In this document: positions 1 to 10,605 of the stretch, one piece after another
How the letters are laid out: every line of letters begins with the position of its first letter
How positions within the stretch are numbered: the first letter of the stretch is position 1
DNA from: an uncultured Methylomonas sp.
GTDB lineage: Bacteria; Pseudomonadota; Gammaproteobacteria; Methylococcales; Methylomonadaceae
NCBI GenBank assembly: GCA_964481455.1
Contig: CAYZUM010000001.1
Coordinates: 1 to 57,164, forward strand
Reading direction: 5' to 3'
DNA length: 57,164 nt
Position numbers and translations under genes: made by a program
The notes under the pieces: generated by a model
What the model was told of the DNA's origin: nothing
What the model saw: only the letters and a program-made list of their open reading frames with translations
Databases searched by the model: none

Positions 1-78
1 TCCCTGGGCTTTACGCTTGCATGAGTCACTGTTTTCATTAGGGCGTAAGCTCTACTCTCCCAATTTAGGCGGCAGACT

Positions 79-333
79 TTAGTTTATTAGCAAGGGATCT
101 AACCCTTTTTTTAAATCTAAAGCGCGAAGATCATCAAAGCCACCTATGTGTTGTTCACCTATATAGATTTGCGGCACAGTTCTACGCCTGGTTTTTTGCA
201 TCATTTCTTCTCTTAAACCTATTGTGCTATCGACGTTAAGCTCAGTGTAGGTTGCCCCTTTCGCTGTTAATAGGCGTTTTGCCATCGTGCAGTATGGGCA
301 AAGGTTACTTGTGTAGATGATTATTTCAGGCAT
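79..333 (-). CDS. grxC: Glutaredoxin 3
   Basis: 84 aa; CPYC active site, TVPQIYIG and GGFDDL motifs. Confidence 0.95.
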   Translation of the reverse strand: MPEIIIYTSNLCPYCTMAKRLLTAKGATYTELNVDSTIGLREEMMQKTRRRTVPQIYIGEQHIGGFDDLRALDLKKGLDPLLIN

Positions 334-464
334 ATTTAATTTTTTACGTATGTTTAAGTAAATAAGTGATTCATTATACTGGAAGTAAGGCTAGACGGAT
401 ATCAGTAACAAATATATAGGCCAGGTTTTACAAAATGTTAAAATAGCATTTTTCTATCAATTTA

Positions 465-686
465 GGTAACACGCACTCAATAACCTACCCACTAAAATCT
501 GACTGAGTTGCCATTCTTGTTCACAAGCTCTGCTTGGGAATGCATGGATGAACAGCTCTGCTGTGAGAGGCTTAGGTAAGCAGAGCTTACTCATCATGCG
601 TTTCCAAACAGAGTTTGGGAACGAGAGCAGGCGCACTTTCAAGCTACCATCATTATTTTTGGGTGGTTTTTTTATTACGAGTTGCC
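465..686. mobile_element. Family-A-type arms enclosing an atypical core (REP-like palindromic doublet)
   Basis: TTA|GGTAACACGCA...TTACGAGTTGCC|TTG; inside, inverted pair TTGTTCACAAGCTCTGCTTGGGAATGC / GCGTTTCCAAACAGAGTTTGGGAACGAG. Confidence 0.6.
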
Positions 687-694
687 TTGCCTTA

Positions 695-964
695 GGGAGA
701 TGGGAAAAAATAATGGCTACCGACTTAAGAAGGGACAAAGGACAGGAGTGCAATAGCGTCAGCTATTGCACTCCTGTGAAATTTCTTAACATGCCTTGTC
801 CCGTCTTAAGTTGGTAGACCCAATAATCATCCAATATTGCGGGGGTTTTTGTCCGTCTTCGGTGTTGCACAAACAGTTACGTAGCCTGCTATGCGCCTGT
901 TTTTGCGCCTTGAAGACAAACAAAAATCCTGCGTTAGTTGCCCAACTTATTTCGTGCCCATTCC
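695..964. mobile_element. Family A MITE (hybrid arms) with nested family G element
   Basis: Left arm GGGAGATGG..AAATAAT, A core at ~845-930, right arm TTATTTCGTGCCCATTCC; interrupted at 715-819. Confidence 0.8.
715..819. mobile_element. Family G MITE (IS1595-like ends)
   Basis: TIR GGCTACCGACTTAAGAAGGGACA / TGTCCCGTCTTAAGTTGGTAG; degenerate 8-bp TSD AAAATAAT / CCAATAAT; internal palindrome GGAGTGCAATAGC..GCTATTGCACTCC. Confidence 0.75.
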
Positions 965-1073
965 TAGTATTTCATCGCTAGCCTACTTTTGCTTCAACAA
1001 TAACTCTTCCAGGCTAAGGGCAAAATAAACAGAGGAAGTGTTGCCATACTATAATGAACATAAACAAATATAT

Positions 1074-4000
1074 ATGATGTATTCTTTAAACCGTTTAATT
1101 TTAATTGATTCATACAAAGAAGGTGAGTTGCAGGAAGTGCGACTGGATGGCCATACAAACTTAAATGGCGTTAATGGTGCTGGAAAAACGACTTTATTGC
1201 GTTTGATCCCTTTATTCTATGGTGAGCGACCAGGTCGCTTAGTCCCTAAAAGTCGAGTGAATGATAGTTTTGTGCAACATTACCTGCCGCGCGAGTCATC
1301 GTATATTATTTTTGAATATCAGCGGCATGATCAAATTTGCCAAGTTGCAATTTACGCGTCACCTAATGATGAAGGCTTGTGTTATCGGTTTATTGACAAG
1401 CCTTTTGAGCATGATGATTTTATAGAGCAACATGATTCGGGTGAGTCTTATCCTATTTCTTGCCGACATTTAAAAACTCATCTTTTAAAACGCCAGGTCC
1501 AGTGTAGTAGGCAAATTACTGCCTGTAGTGAATATCGCACTATCATCCAGAATTTACCGCATAACAAAGGACAGGATATGCGCCAGCTGATAGCGCGTTA
1601 TAGTTTTTGCCAGGGAAGTTCTGGGCAGCGCTTAAAGGATATAGAAAAGATCATTACCGGCATGTTTATGCGCTCTACGGATTTTTCCGATTTGCGTGAA
1701 ATGCTGGTTAACTGTATAGATGAAAGTCGGGACTCTATTGCCTTAGAATTACAAATGGAGACGCTGGATAATTGGTATAAGGAATATCGTGCCTATCAGC
1801 AAGTTGAGCAGGAACGTCCTAAGGTCGAGTTGTTGAATCAAGTTGAAAGTGCTTTATTGCTAACCGAGCAAGGCTTGGGTGAATTGCTCGTGCGTCTGGA
1901 AAAGCGACTTAAGCTAAGTGAGCAACTAGAGCAGGAGCAGCGCGAAGCAGGATCTGTCTGTTATGAACAAGTGGAAAAAGTACAGACGTCGTGGGAAGAA
2001 GAGGAATTAATACTTAAATCTGCATTGGCGACGACCAAAGCTGATCTAGAGCAATGTCAGCGACAGCAAGCACAGTTGGAGAAAGAGAAAGGCGTTTGGG
2101 AAACGAAAGAGATAAGCTCTAAAAAACTTCTTTACCAGCGCCTGGATTCGCTTAAATTTTCTTTAGCCACTGAGCAAGATAATAAAGCGCAGCTAATGTC
2201 TGATGTGCAGGATATAGAGGCGGAATTTAGACGTTTACACGCTGAAAAAGAAAAGTTTTTTGACGCGCAGGTGCACGGGTATGAATTACAAAAGCAACAG
2301 GTTCAGCAAGAACTCGCTCAGAAAAAAGAGCTGGCAACGGCTGAAACCACCGAAAATAAAGAGCAAGTGCGTCATGCGAGCGAACAGAAGCAACAACAAA
2401 ACAGGGCTTTAACACTGAGTTTAAGTGAGCAGCTAGGGGCTATTAATAGTCAGATTTCTCAGGTTCAGGCTGATCCTGTATTAATTGAAGATCGTGAAAT
2501 AAAATTAGAGCTTTATGATCAATATTTACTGCAGAAACAAGAGGCTGAAACAGAAGAGTCTGCCGTTGAGCAAGAAATACGTATGCATAAATCGACAGTG
2601 GATGCCGTTTTTCAAAAGAAGCGTCAAACTGCGGAAGAGAAACAGGGCTTACAAGAAAAAATGAATGCGCTTGAATTGCAAATCAATGCTGATAGCGCAA
2701 GTTTATTAAGTTTTTTGCGTGAATATAAACCAGACTGGGGGAACAATATTGCCCGGCTAATTCAGCCTGAGTTATTATTGCGCGATGATTTAGAACCCGT
2801 TTTATTAGAGCAACAAGCTGGTTTTTACGGTGTTTCTTTACAGTTAGAGGCGGTAGCTACAGACCGATCAGTTGATGAGCAAACATTGCGTGATGTTTTA
2901 CAGGATTTACAGCAACAAAAAGAGCCGCTAGTCTTAGCCGAAAATAATACCGAGACAGAACTACAGCAACTAGGTCAGCAAGATAGCACTCTACAGAAAA
3001 AGCATAAACAAAAGGTGTTGGTGAAGGGGCAAGCTGTTAGCAAATTACAAACCTTAAAAGAGGAATTAAAATCTTTAAAACAGCAAATTATCCAAAGTAA
3101 AAAAGTACGTGAGACGTTATTAAAACAGCAACTTTCTGATGTTAATGAACAAATTCAACACAACAATGCACAACTTGCATTATTACAGCAACAGTTACAA
3201 GAAGAATTACAGTTATTGAGTTCAGCGCTAGTCGAAAAAATCGCAAGCTTCACTGAGCAAGCGAGCCAAGAGCAAGCGATAGCAGAGTCAGAAGTCACTC
3301 GTCTTAAGGGTTTGAAAGCAAATGAATTAGCTGAATTAAACCAGCAACGCTTACAAAGTATGCGCGAGCGTAAAGTTGATACAGCCACTTTGACCACTTT
3401 AGAAACGAAAATAGGCGCGCTAAAAAAAGAGCTTGCAGAAGCCGAACAGGCGCAAGAGCTGGTTAAGCAATATCAGCGCTGGCTAGAACAGGAATGGCTT
3501 AGGTATGACGTAGTTTTGACGGAACTTAGACAATATCGCACGACTGAACAACAGCAAAAACAACAATATGATATGTTGTACACCACCTATCAGCAACAAC
3601 GTAAAGCGCTGGATGAGCAGTTAGAGCAGATTAAAAAAGGCATTAAACGCTATGAAAAGGAAGTCACTACCGTCAAAAAAGTTCTAGATGACCTAGCGAT
3701 TTACCCTAAAAAAATGCCCGATGAAGTCAGCTTTGACAGTTCGCATCATTTACATTTACTACAAAGTCATTATCGTATCTTAAGCAGTAAACATAAAACC
3801 CAACGTAAGGAACTAACCGATTTAGTACGGCATTTAAAACGCGTATTAACGGCAGTTCCCAATACCCGACCGTATAGTTATTATGCGGCAGTAAATGAAG
3901 AGCTAGGATTAGACAGCGATGAAATGTTATGGCTACCCGCCTTGCAGGAGTGGTTTACATCCAGTGCGGATGATACCAGGCGATGGCTAGTGATGCAGGC

Positions 4001-4760
4001 ACAGACTTTTGGTAGTGCGATTCGTAATTATCAACAGGCTTTGCAGCGTTTTGACCGGGGGATAGATTCTTTGTCGCGACGCTTGGCGGCGAATATTGAT
4101 AAGAATATTAGCTTTGAAAAAATTGAAAGTATCCAGGGGCGCTTAACCTCGAAAGTAAAAACGTTGGGTTATTGGCAGCAGATTGTTCAATTTACCGAGC
4201 ACTATGATGAATGGAATCGTCATAGCGAAGGTCAGTTACCTGCGGATGAGTTTGCTGAAATTGTGCGCCGTGTGGCAGAGCAATTACAAGGCAAAAATAA
4301 AATGGAAATGAAGCTGGTTAATTTACTGGAACTGGAAATTATCGTCACTGAAAATGGCCGTAGTAAACGTGCGACACATGCGGAAGAGTTACGTCAAATT
4401 TCCAGTCATGGTTTATCTTATTTGATTTTATGTGTATTTTTTATCGCTTTGGTCAATATGATCCGTAAAGATCAGCCAGTACGGTTTATCTGGCCTATGG
4501 ATGAGTTAAAAGAATTACACCAGTTAAATATAGAAATGTTGATTGAGATTTTAACCAATAATAATATCACCTTGCTTTCCGCCTTTCCTGACCCTGATCC
4601 AGACGTATTGGCTTTCTTTAAAAACCGTTATCAGGTACATGGTTTTCGTGAGTTGATAGAAATGGATATGGACAGTGACTATATGGCAACTCTGAAGCCT
4701 TTAGCGTTTGATGTTGAGCTACCAGTGCCAGCAGTGACAGAGGAGGTGAGTGATGTTTGA
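1074..4760 (+). CDS. SMC-like ATPase, MksB/JetC-like (DUF3584 type)
   Basis: Walker A GVNGAGKTT, long coiled coil, signature-like SSHG, Walker B IWPMDE; start probably ATG 1074/1077 rather than GTG 1038. Confidence 0.85.
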   Translation: MMYSLNRLILIDSYKEGELQEVRLDGHTNLNGVNGAGKTTLLRLIPLFYGERPGRLVPKSRVNDSFVQHYLPRESSYIIFEYQRHDQICQVAIYASPNDEGLCYRFIDKPFEHDDFIEQHDSGESYPISCRHLKTHLLKRQVQCSRQITACSEYRTIIQNLPHNKGQDMRQLIARYSFCQGSSGQRLKDIEKIITGMFMRSTDFSDLREMLVNCIDESRDSIALELQMETLDNWYKEYRAYQQVEQERPKVELLNQVESALLLTEQGLGELLVRLEKRLKLSEQLEQEQREAGSVCYEQVEKVQTSWEEEELILKSALATTKADLEQCQRQQAQLEKEKGVWETKEISSKKLLYQRLDSLKFSLATEQDNKAQLMSDVQDIEAEFRRLHAEKEKFFDAQVHGYELQKQQVQQELAQKKELATAETTENKEQVRHASEQKQQQNRALTLSLSEQLGAINSQISQVQADPVLIEDREIKLELYDQYLLQKQEAETEESAVEQEIRMHKSTVDAVFQKKRQTAEEKQGLQEKMNALELQINADSASLLSFLREYKPDWGNNIARLIQPELLLRDDLEPVLLEQQAGFYGVSLQLEAVATDRSVDEQTLRDVLQDLQQQKEPLVLAENNTETELQQLGQQDSTLQKKHKQKVLVKGQAVSKLQTLKEELKSLKQQIIQSKKVRETLLKQQLSDVNEQIQHNNAQLALLQQQLQEELQLLSSALVEKIASFTEQASQEQAIAESEVTRLKGLKANELAELNQQRLQSMRERKVDTATLTTLETKIGALKKELAEAEQAQELVKQYQRWLEQEWLRYDVVLTELRQYRTTEQQQKQQYDMLYTTYQQQRKALDEQLEQIKKGIKRYEKEVTTVKKVLDDLAIYPKKMPDEVSFDSSHHLHLLQSHYRILSSKHKTQRKELTDLVRHLKRVLTAVPNTRPYSYYAAVNEELGLDSDEMLWLPALQEWFTSSADDTRRWLVMQAQTFGSAIRNYQQALQRFDRGIDSLSRRLAANIDKNISFEKIESIQGRLTSKVKTLGYWQQIVQFTEHYDEWNRHSEGQLPADEFAEIVRRVAEQLQGKNKMEMKLVNLLELEIIVTENGRSKRATHAEELRQISSHGLSYLILCVFFIALVNMIRKDQPVRFIWPMDELKELHQLNIEMLIEILTNNNITLLSAFPDPDPDVLAFFKNRYQVHGFRELIEMDMDSDYMATLKPLAFDVELPVPAVTEEVSDV

Positions 4761-5376
4761 GTCTTTAGTTAAGCGCTTATTACAAGGAGATTTTATTTGT
4801 AAAGTCAGTGATGAAGCAGGTTTTCAATATTTACAAAACTCAGAAAACCATTTTCAGCTAGAAGATTATTTACAGCGTTTAAATTATCGTCTTGCTAGCA
4901 CTCAGAATAAGCTCGCTTATTACGCTGCCTATATCGAAATAAACAATAGCGCACGACAAGACATACGTAAAGTGTTCCAGCAGTTTCGCTTAGAGTTGCA
5001 CCCAGTGGTCGAATGGCTGGATATGATGATGGCTTGTTTAAAGCAAGATGCGGTTTTATCCCCTGGCGATACTTTAGCATTTTCCAGTTTATTGCAAGTG
5101 ATCGAAAATAATCAGGCCTTAGCGGATCGGCTACAGTCCTTTGCAAAATTTAAAGACTTTAGCAGTAGCGAAGACTCGGTCAAAGGTCGTCTGGAAAAAT
5201 TATTAAGCACTTTACATAAGTGGGGCTACTTGCAATTAGCGAATCGTGACACTTTGATTTACCAAGTCACTGGCAAGCTGGATTATTTCTATCAATCCTT
5301 ACAATTTATAAAGGAGCATGAGGACATTCCTATCGAACAAGACGACGAGACGGTTGAGCAAGGGAGCTTATTTTGA
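4753..5376 (+). CDS. MksE/JetB-like condensin subunit
   Basis: ~207 aa; overlaps the SMC stop; LLQGDFIC N-terminus; GAGG RBS. Confidence 0.7.
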   Translation: MFESLVKRLLQGDFICKVSDEAGFQYLQNSENHFQLEDYLQRLNYRLASTQNKLAYYAAYIEINNSARQDIRKVFQQFRLELHPVVEWLDMMMACLKQDAVLSPGDTLAFSSLLQVIENNQALADRLQSFAKFKDFSSSEDSVKGRLEKLLSTLHKWGYLQLANRDTLIYQVTGKLDYFYQSLQFIKEHEDIPIEQDDETVEQGSLF

Positions 5377-6599
5377 TTCAGGCACAAGCCCTGGAGCGCT
5401 TATTTAAAGCCATGGCGAATCACAGTGATTTAATTGCTCAAGCGTATTATGACGGCGTGGTTTATAAGGACAGCAAAAATCAACGAGCATTAAACCAATT
5501 AAAGCAGTTGAAAATTCTGGTTAATCATAGCGTAGATGGTTACCGAATATCCGCACGCCTAGGTCAGTTTGTCGATAGCGCCTTAAGCAGTGATCGTCTG
5601 CGCCGTTTAGATACGGACTTAGCCAGTTGGGTGGATACACTAGAACAGCAAATTCTTTTATATCAGGATGCCTGGGATGAGAATCGTATAGCAGATTCGG
5701 GAAATTACAGTGCTGAAATTGAGCGTTTAATTTTCGACTTATCGGATAACCTAGAAGAAAACACCAGCTATTTATTGATGTTAATCAATAGCCGCTTTGC
5801 CAATGTACGCACCTTGGCAGAAAAGAAAAAACAAAATGTATTTTACATTTCGCGAGTCGAATTATTAGTACAGGCCATCAGTGCTTTGCAGCCTGAATAT
5901 TTACTAGAAATGGTCGAAGATCACCCTGCGCTTTATCTGTTTTTGGAACAGCATTTAATTCGCTTATTACCTATTTATCATCAACGCTTACAGGACATAT
6001 TAGACAAGCTTAAAACCTTTCTGTTTGAGCTACGAAAAATAGAAGTACGGGCACAGCTAGTACAAGGTTTTGCTTTTTTTCTACGCCAAAATCCGGGATA
6101 TGAAATGCAGGAGTGGAGTGAGCAAGAGAGCATTCCAGAGCAATGGAATCAAATTAAACCACTGCAATTCTCTATCTCAGCAAATACTTTAGATTATGGC
6201 GTAGAAGAGGAATTAATTAACATTGCTCAAAAACTCCGTGTAGATAGTGAGGTATTACTTAGTAAAAAACGAAAACAACGGATACATAAAATTGCAGTGG
6301 TTAAGCGTGATATTCAAGTGATGGAGTTGCCGCTGTATCGTAAATGGTTAAGACGTTATTTTGTTTTACTAGAGCAACAAACGGGGCAGACCGTTTCAGC
6401 ACTTAGTTTTCAGCAAAAATATGTGAACGATATTGAGCCTACTCTTTGGTTAGGCTGTGTCTTAAATGAATGGTTACGCCAGCAACAACGACATAGCCAT
6501 ATCAAGTTGGAATTTATTCAGTTTGAAAACTATGCGGCTTTTACGGGGAATAAAAAAGTGAAGGATATTGTCTTAAGTTGGCAAGCGGATGTCGGATAG
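5373..6599 (+). CDS. MksF/JetA-like (putative kleisin) subunit
   Basis: 408 aa helical protein translationally coupled (TTGA overlap) to the MksE-like gene; call rests mostly on operon position. Confidence 0.6.
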   Translation: MIQAQALERLFKAMANHSDLIAQAYYDGVVYKDSKNQRALNQLKQLKILVNHSVDGYRISARLGQFVDSALSSDRLRRLDTDLASWVDTLEQQILLYQDAWDENRIADSGNYSAEIERLIFDLSDNLEENTSYLLMLINSRFANVRTLAEKKKQNVFYISRVELLVQAISALQPEYLLEMVEDHPALYLFLEQHLIRLLPIYHQRLQDILDKLKTFLFELRKIEVRAQLVQGFAFFLRQNPGYEMQEWSEQESIPEQWNQIKPLQFSISANTLDYGVEEELINIAQKLRVDSEVLLSKKRKQRIHKIAVVKRDIQVMELPLYRKWLRRYFVLLEQQTGQTVSALSFQQKYVNDIEPTLWLGCVLNEWLRQQQRHSHIKLEFIQFENYAAFTGNKKVKDIVLSWQADVG

Positions 6600-6720
6600 G
6601 TGACAGCTAATCTTGCGAATGATAAAAAATTCTTAGAATTTTATAGAAGTGGCTGAGTCAATATTGGTGAGATGCTTGAAAAAGGGAAAACCTGGGCCAA
6701 AGGCAAAAAATTAGAATAAA

Positions 6721-6877
6721 GGAATGGGAATCAAATAACGTGTGCATTCTGACGTGTCTTTTTGTTCGCCTTCTGCGTTGCGACAACAGTTACGTAGCCT
6801 GCTATGCGTCTGCTTCCGCGCCTCGAAGACAAACAAAAATCCTGCGTCAAATGCGCACGTTATTTTATTCCCATTCC
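6721..6877. mobile_element. Family A MITE (arm type GGAATGGGAATC)
   Basis: TIR GGAATGGGAATCAAATAACGTG / CACGTTATTTTATTCCCATTCC, A core, AAA on both sides. Confidence 0.85.
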
Positions 6878-7011
6878 AAAGGAGATAAACACAAATCTAC
6901 ATGCCCCTTTATGGTGAAAATTTATTTCTTCTTGAGCCAATTTTGTTAGGTGTCAGGCCTTAAGTTTATCGCAGTATTGGTTTAATTCGCAGCTAAAGCT
7001 CGCTCCTACCG

Positions 7012-7416
7012 TTAGTGTGTGATGACACGGGGTAATTCTTTTGCCTGTGCAACCCAGTCTTCTACTTGTGATGTCGTTGGTACTTTGCGCACCAGGCTTT
7101 TCTCTTCATTTAACTCGGTCATCTTTATCTGTAGGTTTTCGGCTTTGCGTTGTGCTAATTCAGGTACTGTATCGACACCTGAAAATTTGAGTAAGTCCGC
7201 ATATTGGGTGCTTACGCCTTTGATTCTTGCTAAGTCAGCGCGGTTAACCCAGTTGAGTATTTGTTTTTCAGTTAAACCGGATTTTTCAGCTATTTCTTTG
7301 CGTCCTTTTTTTTCACAGCATGATTGCAACAGGTTTTCTAATGAGGTGATACCTGCTTCTTCCAGCTTTGCTGCGTATGCTTCGCCGATACCTTCAATTT
7401 CAGATAGTTTTGCCAT
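7012..7416 (-). CDS. DUF4332 helix-hairpin-helix protein
   Basis: IEGIGEAYAAKL and IKGVSTQYADLL HhH-like repeats; 134 aa. Confidence 0.8.
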   Translation of the reverse strand: MAKLSEIEGIGEAYAAKLEEAGITSLENLLQSCCEKKGRKEIAEKSGLTEKQILNWVNRADLARIKGVSTQYADLLKFSGVDTVPELAQRKAENLQIKMTELNEEKSLVRKVPTTSQVEDWVAQAKELPRVITH

Positions 7417-7479
7417 TTCTTGTTCCTTCTTGTGGGTTAGTTATTAAATTCTTAAGTATGCTGTTTTTTAGAATACTAA

Positions 7480-7636
7480 GGGAGCTGGAAATAAATAAAC
7501 GTCCAATATTGGGCAGTATTTTTGTTCGTCTTCAAGGCGTAGTAACAGGCGCATAGCTCGCTACGAAACGGTTACTACAACGTAGAAGACGGACAAAAAG
7601 ACCCGCAATCTTGGATGATGTGTGTTTCCAGCTCCC
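7480..7636. mobile_element. Family A MITE (arm type GGGAGCTGG)
   Basis: TAA|GGGAGCTGGAAA...TTTCCAGCTCCC|TAA; near-identical to the reverse complement of 44218-44374. Confidence 0.9.
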
Positions 7637-7940
7637 TAAGGTATGCAGTTGAAAATAAGTTTAGCAACGCGCAACAATTAAATTGCAAGCCCTGCAATTC
7701 TACTTCGTTACCATGACATGGCGATACGATTAATACTTTCGATGAAGCGAATTCATAGTACGCTAAAAACTAGATTTCTAAAAGTGATTTTATTTAAATT
7801 TTTTAGTTTACTAACTTTTGCGAGATATGTGGAGCAGCTTTCTGAATAATTTACTTAGGGTTCAGATGTTAATAATACCCAGAATTAGTTTAGAAGATTA
7901 TGAAATATTAAATTTTGGCTAGGTCAGAGGACTAGGTTGC

Positions 7941-8008
7941 GTAGGAACCGTCTTCAACTGCGGAATAAAAAAAGCATTATCTATTTCGTGGCTAAAGACC
8001 ACTCCTAC
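7941..8008. repeat. GTAG-type REP inverted doublet
   Basis: GTAGGAACCGTCTTCAACTGCGGAAT ... TTCGTGGCTAAAGACCACTCCTAC; related single copies near 6985 and 20138. Confidence 0.6.
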
Positions 8009-8130
8009 CTTCATTAATAATTCAATAGGTTTTATTCTCTAGGGTAACTCGCAATAAATAAATTACCCATATTGCACAGGATTTTTGTTCGTCTTCAATG
8101 CGTAGAAATAGGTGCACAGGCTACGTAAGT

Positions 8131-8336
8131 CACGGCTTTCTCATAAAAAACTGGCATGATATTTGTCCAGATTACAAACTCAATAAAATCAGGCATTACA
8201 GAATTTATTAAAATTAATTTTCTATAAAAAATGATTATTGAAAAATAAAAACCAATGACATTAAAAACAAATAACCTTATATATCATTACGTTATGTAAA
8301 TTAAAAAATATGCCAAGTTTTTATGAGAAAGCCGTG
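8131..8336. mobile_element. Family C MITE (IS4-like ends)
   Basis: TIR CACGGCTTTCTCATAAAAA..TGGCAT / ATGCCAAGTTTTTATGAGAAAGCCGTG; perfect 10-bp TSD CTACGTAAGT. Confidence 0.9.
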
Positions 8337-8343
8337 CTACGTA

Positions 8344-8512
8344 AGTACTCAAGAAAAATTGATTTAACCTTTTTGAAAAAGTATAAAATCTCCAATTTTC
8401 AGTGTAATTTTTGGAAATTTGAATATATTTTTACAAAAAAATAGAAAATATTAACTAAAGTCATGAATTTCTACCCTCATAATTTTAGTTAAAATAATAA
8501 TGCCTAAGTACT
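8344..8512. mobile_element. Family B MITE, 169 bp (TA TSD, IS630-like)
   Basis: TA|AGTACTCAAG...CCTAAGTACT|TA; further copies at 25715-25883 and 42817-42985. Confidence 0.9.
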
Positions 8513-8868
8513 TAACTATTTCTACAGCGCAGGAGACGGACAAAAAGACAAGCAAGGTTATTTGTTGCGAGTTACCTAAGTTGGTAGCCCTAAATCGTTT
8601 AGTAAAAACTATGCACTTTAGTGCAAGACTTTTAGTAATGTCTTTCCGTTTTTGGAAAGCTCTATAAATCAAAGTGTCGCGTAGCGACTCCATTTTTTTA
8701 CTTTAGTCCGTAGTTGTAAACTGCGGACAAGGACTTTCAGTCCGCATTCAAACTATGGATCTTTCAGCAGTCCATCGTGGTTGATTTGGAGCGAGCACGA
8801 AATATCATGTGCTATCGATTTTCAACCCAACAATGTTGTAGCATGCCTCAGTATATATTTTAGACAGT

Positions 8869-10605
8869 TTAATAAACATCCCTTACATAACGTTTATCTT
8901 TTTTCATTTGATTGACGTATTCTTCAGCCTGCTCTGCTGATAAATTACCCTGGTCGGCAATTATATCATGTAAAGCGGTATCAACATCTTTGGCCATACG
9001 GTAAGCATCACCACAGACATAGAAATAACCACCTTGTTCGAGTAGGGTAAATAATTCTGCGCCTTGTTCACGCATCCGGTCTTGTACGTAGATTTTTTCT
9101 TCTTGATCACGTGAAAAAGCGAGATCTAATTTACTTAAAATCTTGCTTTGTTGCATCGATTCAATTTCTTCCCTGTAGATAAAATCAGTTTCAGCATTAC
9201 GGTCGCCAAAAAATAACCAGTTAATGCCTTTTGCATTTCTAAATTCACGTTCTTGTAGGAACGCGCGGAAAGGTGCGATACCTGTCCCCGGGCCGACCAT
9301 AATCATTGGGGTATCGTTATTTTCTGGAACTCTGAAGACCTTGTTAGGGCTAAAGAAACAGCGCACTGCTGTGTTCTCATCTGCTATATCAGCAAGGTAG
9401 GTTGAGCAAACGCCTTTGTGTTCACGCTCATGGCTGTTATAGCGTACACTACTGATCGTTAAGTGTACGGTATCAGGGTAAGCTTTGCCACTGGAAGAAA
9501 TAGAGTAGGCTCTATGCTGCAGTGGTTTTAATAAAGCGATAAACTCTGCCGCTGAAAATTGCATTTCTGGGAATTGTAACAGCAAGTCTAGCGTGTCACG
9601 TCCCCACAGGTAAATTGCAAGTTTGTCTTTGTCTCCAGAGTTTAATAAATTATTTAATTCTTGATCGCCGGAACGTTTGGCAATTTCTTCTAATATTTCT
9701 TTACTTGGCAGCTTTATTTCAAAGTGATCACATAATGCTTGTGTTAACGGCATTAGTTCACCGTTAACAGGCTCATCTTCATCACCTGTGCAACCTATCG
9801 CTTTAACAATGTCTGCGGCGAGTTCGGGACAGTTGACAGGCACAACGTTCAGTGCATCACCTGCTTCATAGCTTAGTTCAGAACCTGCAATGGAAATTTC
9901 GAAATGGCGAATTTCTTTGGAAGAATCGGGGCTACTCAATAGGCGATTAGCGACGAGCTTTCCTGGGAATGGGTTTTTACGACCGTATTTAGCTGTTGCT
10001 TTAGTGCTGCTGTTATCTATTGATAGGCTTGTTGCGCCATTAGACATGAGCGGGATCGTGTTACTAATCCAGGCTTCAGCGGCATCATCAAAATCAACAT
10101 CACAATCGACACGTTCATACAGGCGTTTAGCGCCTAGTTTTTCCAAGCGTTGGTCCCAGTCTATACCCGCCTGGCAAAATAAGTCATAGCTGGTATCACC
10201 CAGTGCCAGTACCGAATACTTCATTTGGGATAAAGCTATGTTGTCATCAGTATTTATAACATCCCACAGCATTTGTGCATTATCAGGCATTTCGCCTTCG
10301 CCGTAGGTACTGGTAATGATCAATAAATACTCAAGTTTGATAAAGCTATCCGCCTCAATTTCATCCATGCTTAATATATCTGGATTTAAGCCATGCGCTT
10401 TGGCAGACTGAGCAACGTCGTGGGCAACAGATTCAGAATTGCCGGTTTGGGAGCCGTATAATATACTAATAGTGCGGGCATTAGCAGTATCACCCAAGCC
10501 TGCATTTTGCAATATATGGGAATGCATTCCTGCAAAAAAACCACCTAACCAGGCTTGTTGAGCCTCGTTGAAAGGTAAGTTTTGAGAGTTATTTGCTATT
10601 TTCAT
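8869..10605 (-). CDS. NADPH-dependent diflavin reductase (CysJ/sulfite reductase flavoprotein-like)
   Basis: Flavodoxin YGSQTGNS and STYGEGE; FAD motif RAYSISSS; NADPH motif GPGTGIAPFR; YVCGD; C-terminal RDVY. Confidence 0.9.
   Translation of the reverse strand: MKIANNSQNLPFNEAQQAWLGGFFAGMHSHILQNAGLGDTANARTISILYGSQTGNSESVAHDVAQSAKAHGLNPDILSMDEIEADSFIKLEYLLIITSTYGEGEMPDNAQMLWDVINTDDNIALSQMKYSVLALGDTSYDLFCQAGIDWDQRLEKLGAKRLYERVDCDVDFDDAAEAWISNTIPLMSNGATSLSIDNSSTKATAKYGRKNPFPGKLVANRLLSSPDSSKEIRHFEISIAGSELSYEAGDALNVVPVNCPELAADIVKAIGCTGDEDEPVNGELMPLTQALCDHFEIKLPSKEILEEIAKRSGDQELNNLLNSGDKDKLAIYLWGRDTLDLLLQFPEMQFSAAEFIALLKPLQHRAYSISSSGKAYPDTVHLTISSVRYNSHEREHKGVCSTYLADIADENTAVRCFFSPNKVFRVPENNDTPMIMVGPGTGIAPFRAFLQEREFRNAKGINWLFFGDRNAETDFIYREEIESMQQSKILSKLDLAFSRDQEEKIYVQDRMREQGAELFTLLEQGGYFYVCGDAYRMAKDVDTALHDIIADQGNLSAEQAEEYVNQMKKDKRYVRDVY

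Larger units (their letters stand above)
8043..8576. mobile_element. Family A MITE carrying nested B and C elements
   Basis: GGTAACTCGCAATAAATAA...TTATTTGTTGCGAGTTACC; core split at GGCTACGTA. Confidence 0.9.

Noticed and set aside
457-981. Short ORFs over repeats (457-753, 548-817, 796-981; also 6740, 7368, 8451, 25226, 42977, 56420, 56481)
   Set aside because: They lie within MITEs and share repeat-derived peptides (e.g. LKTNKNPA, SYVACYA); no independent coding evidence.
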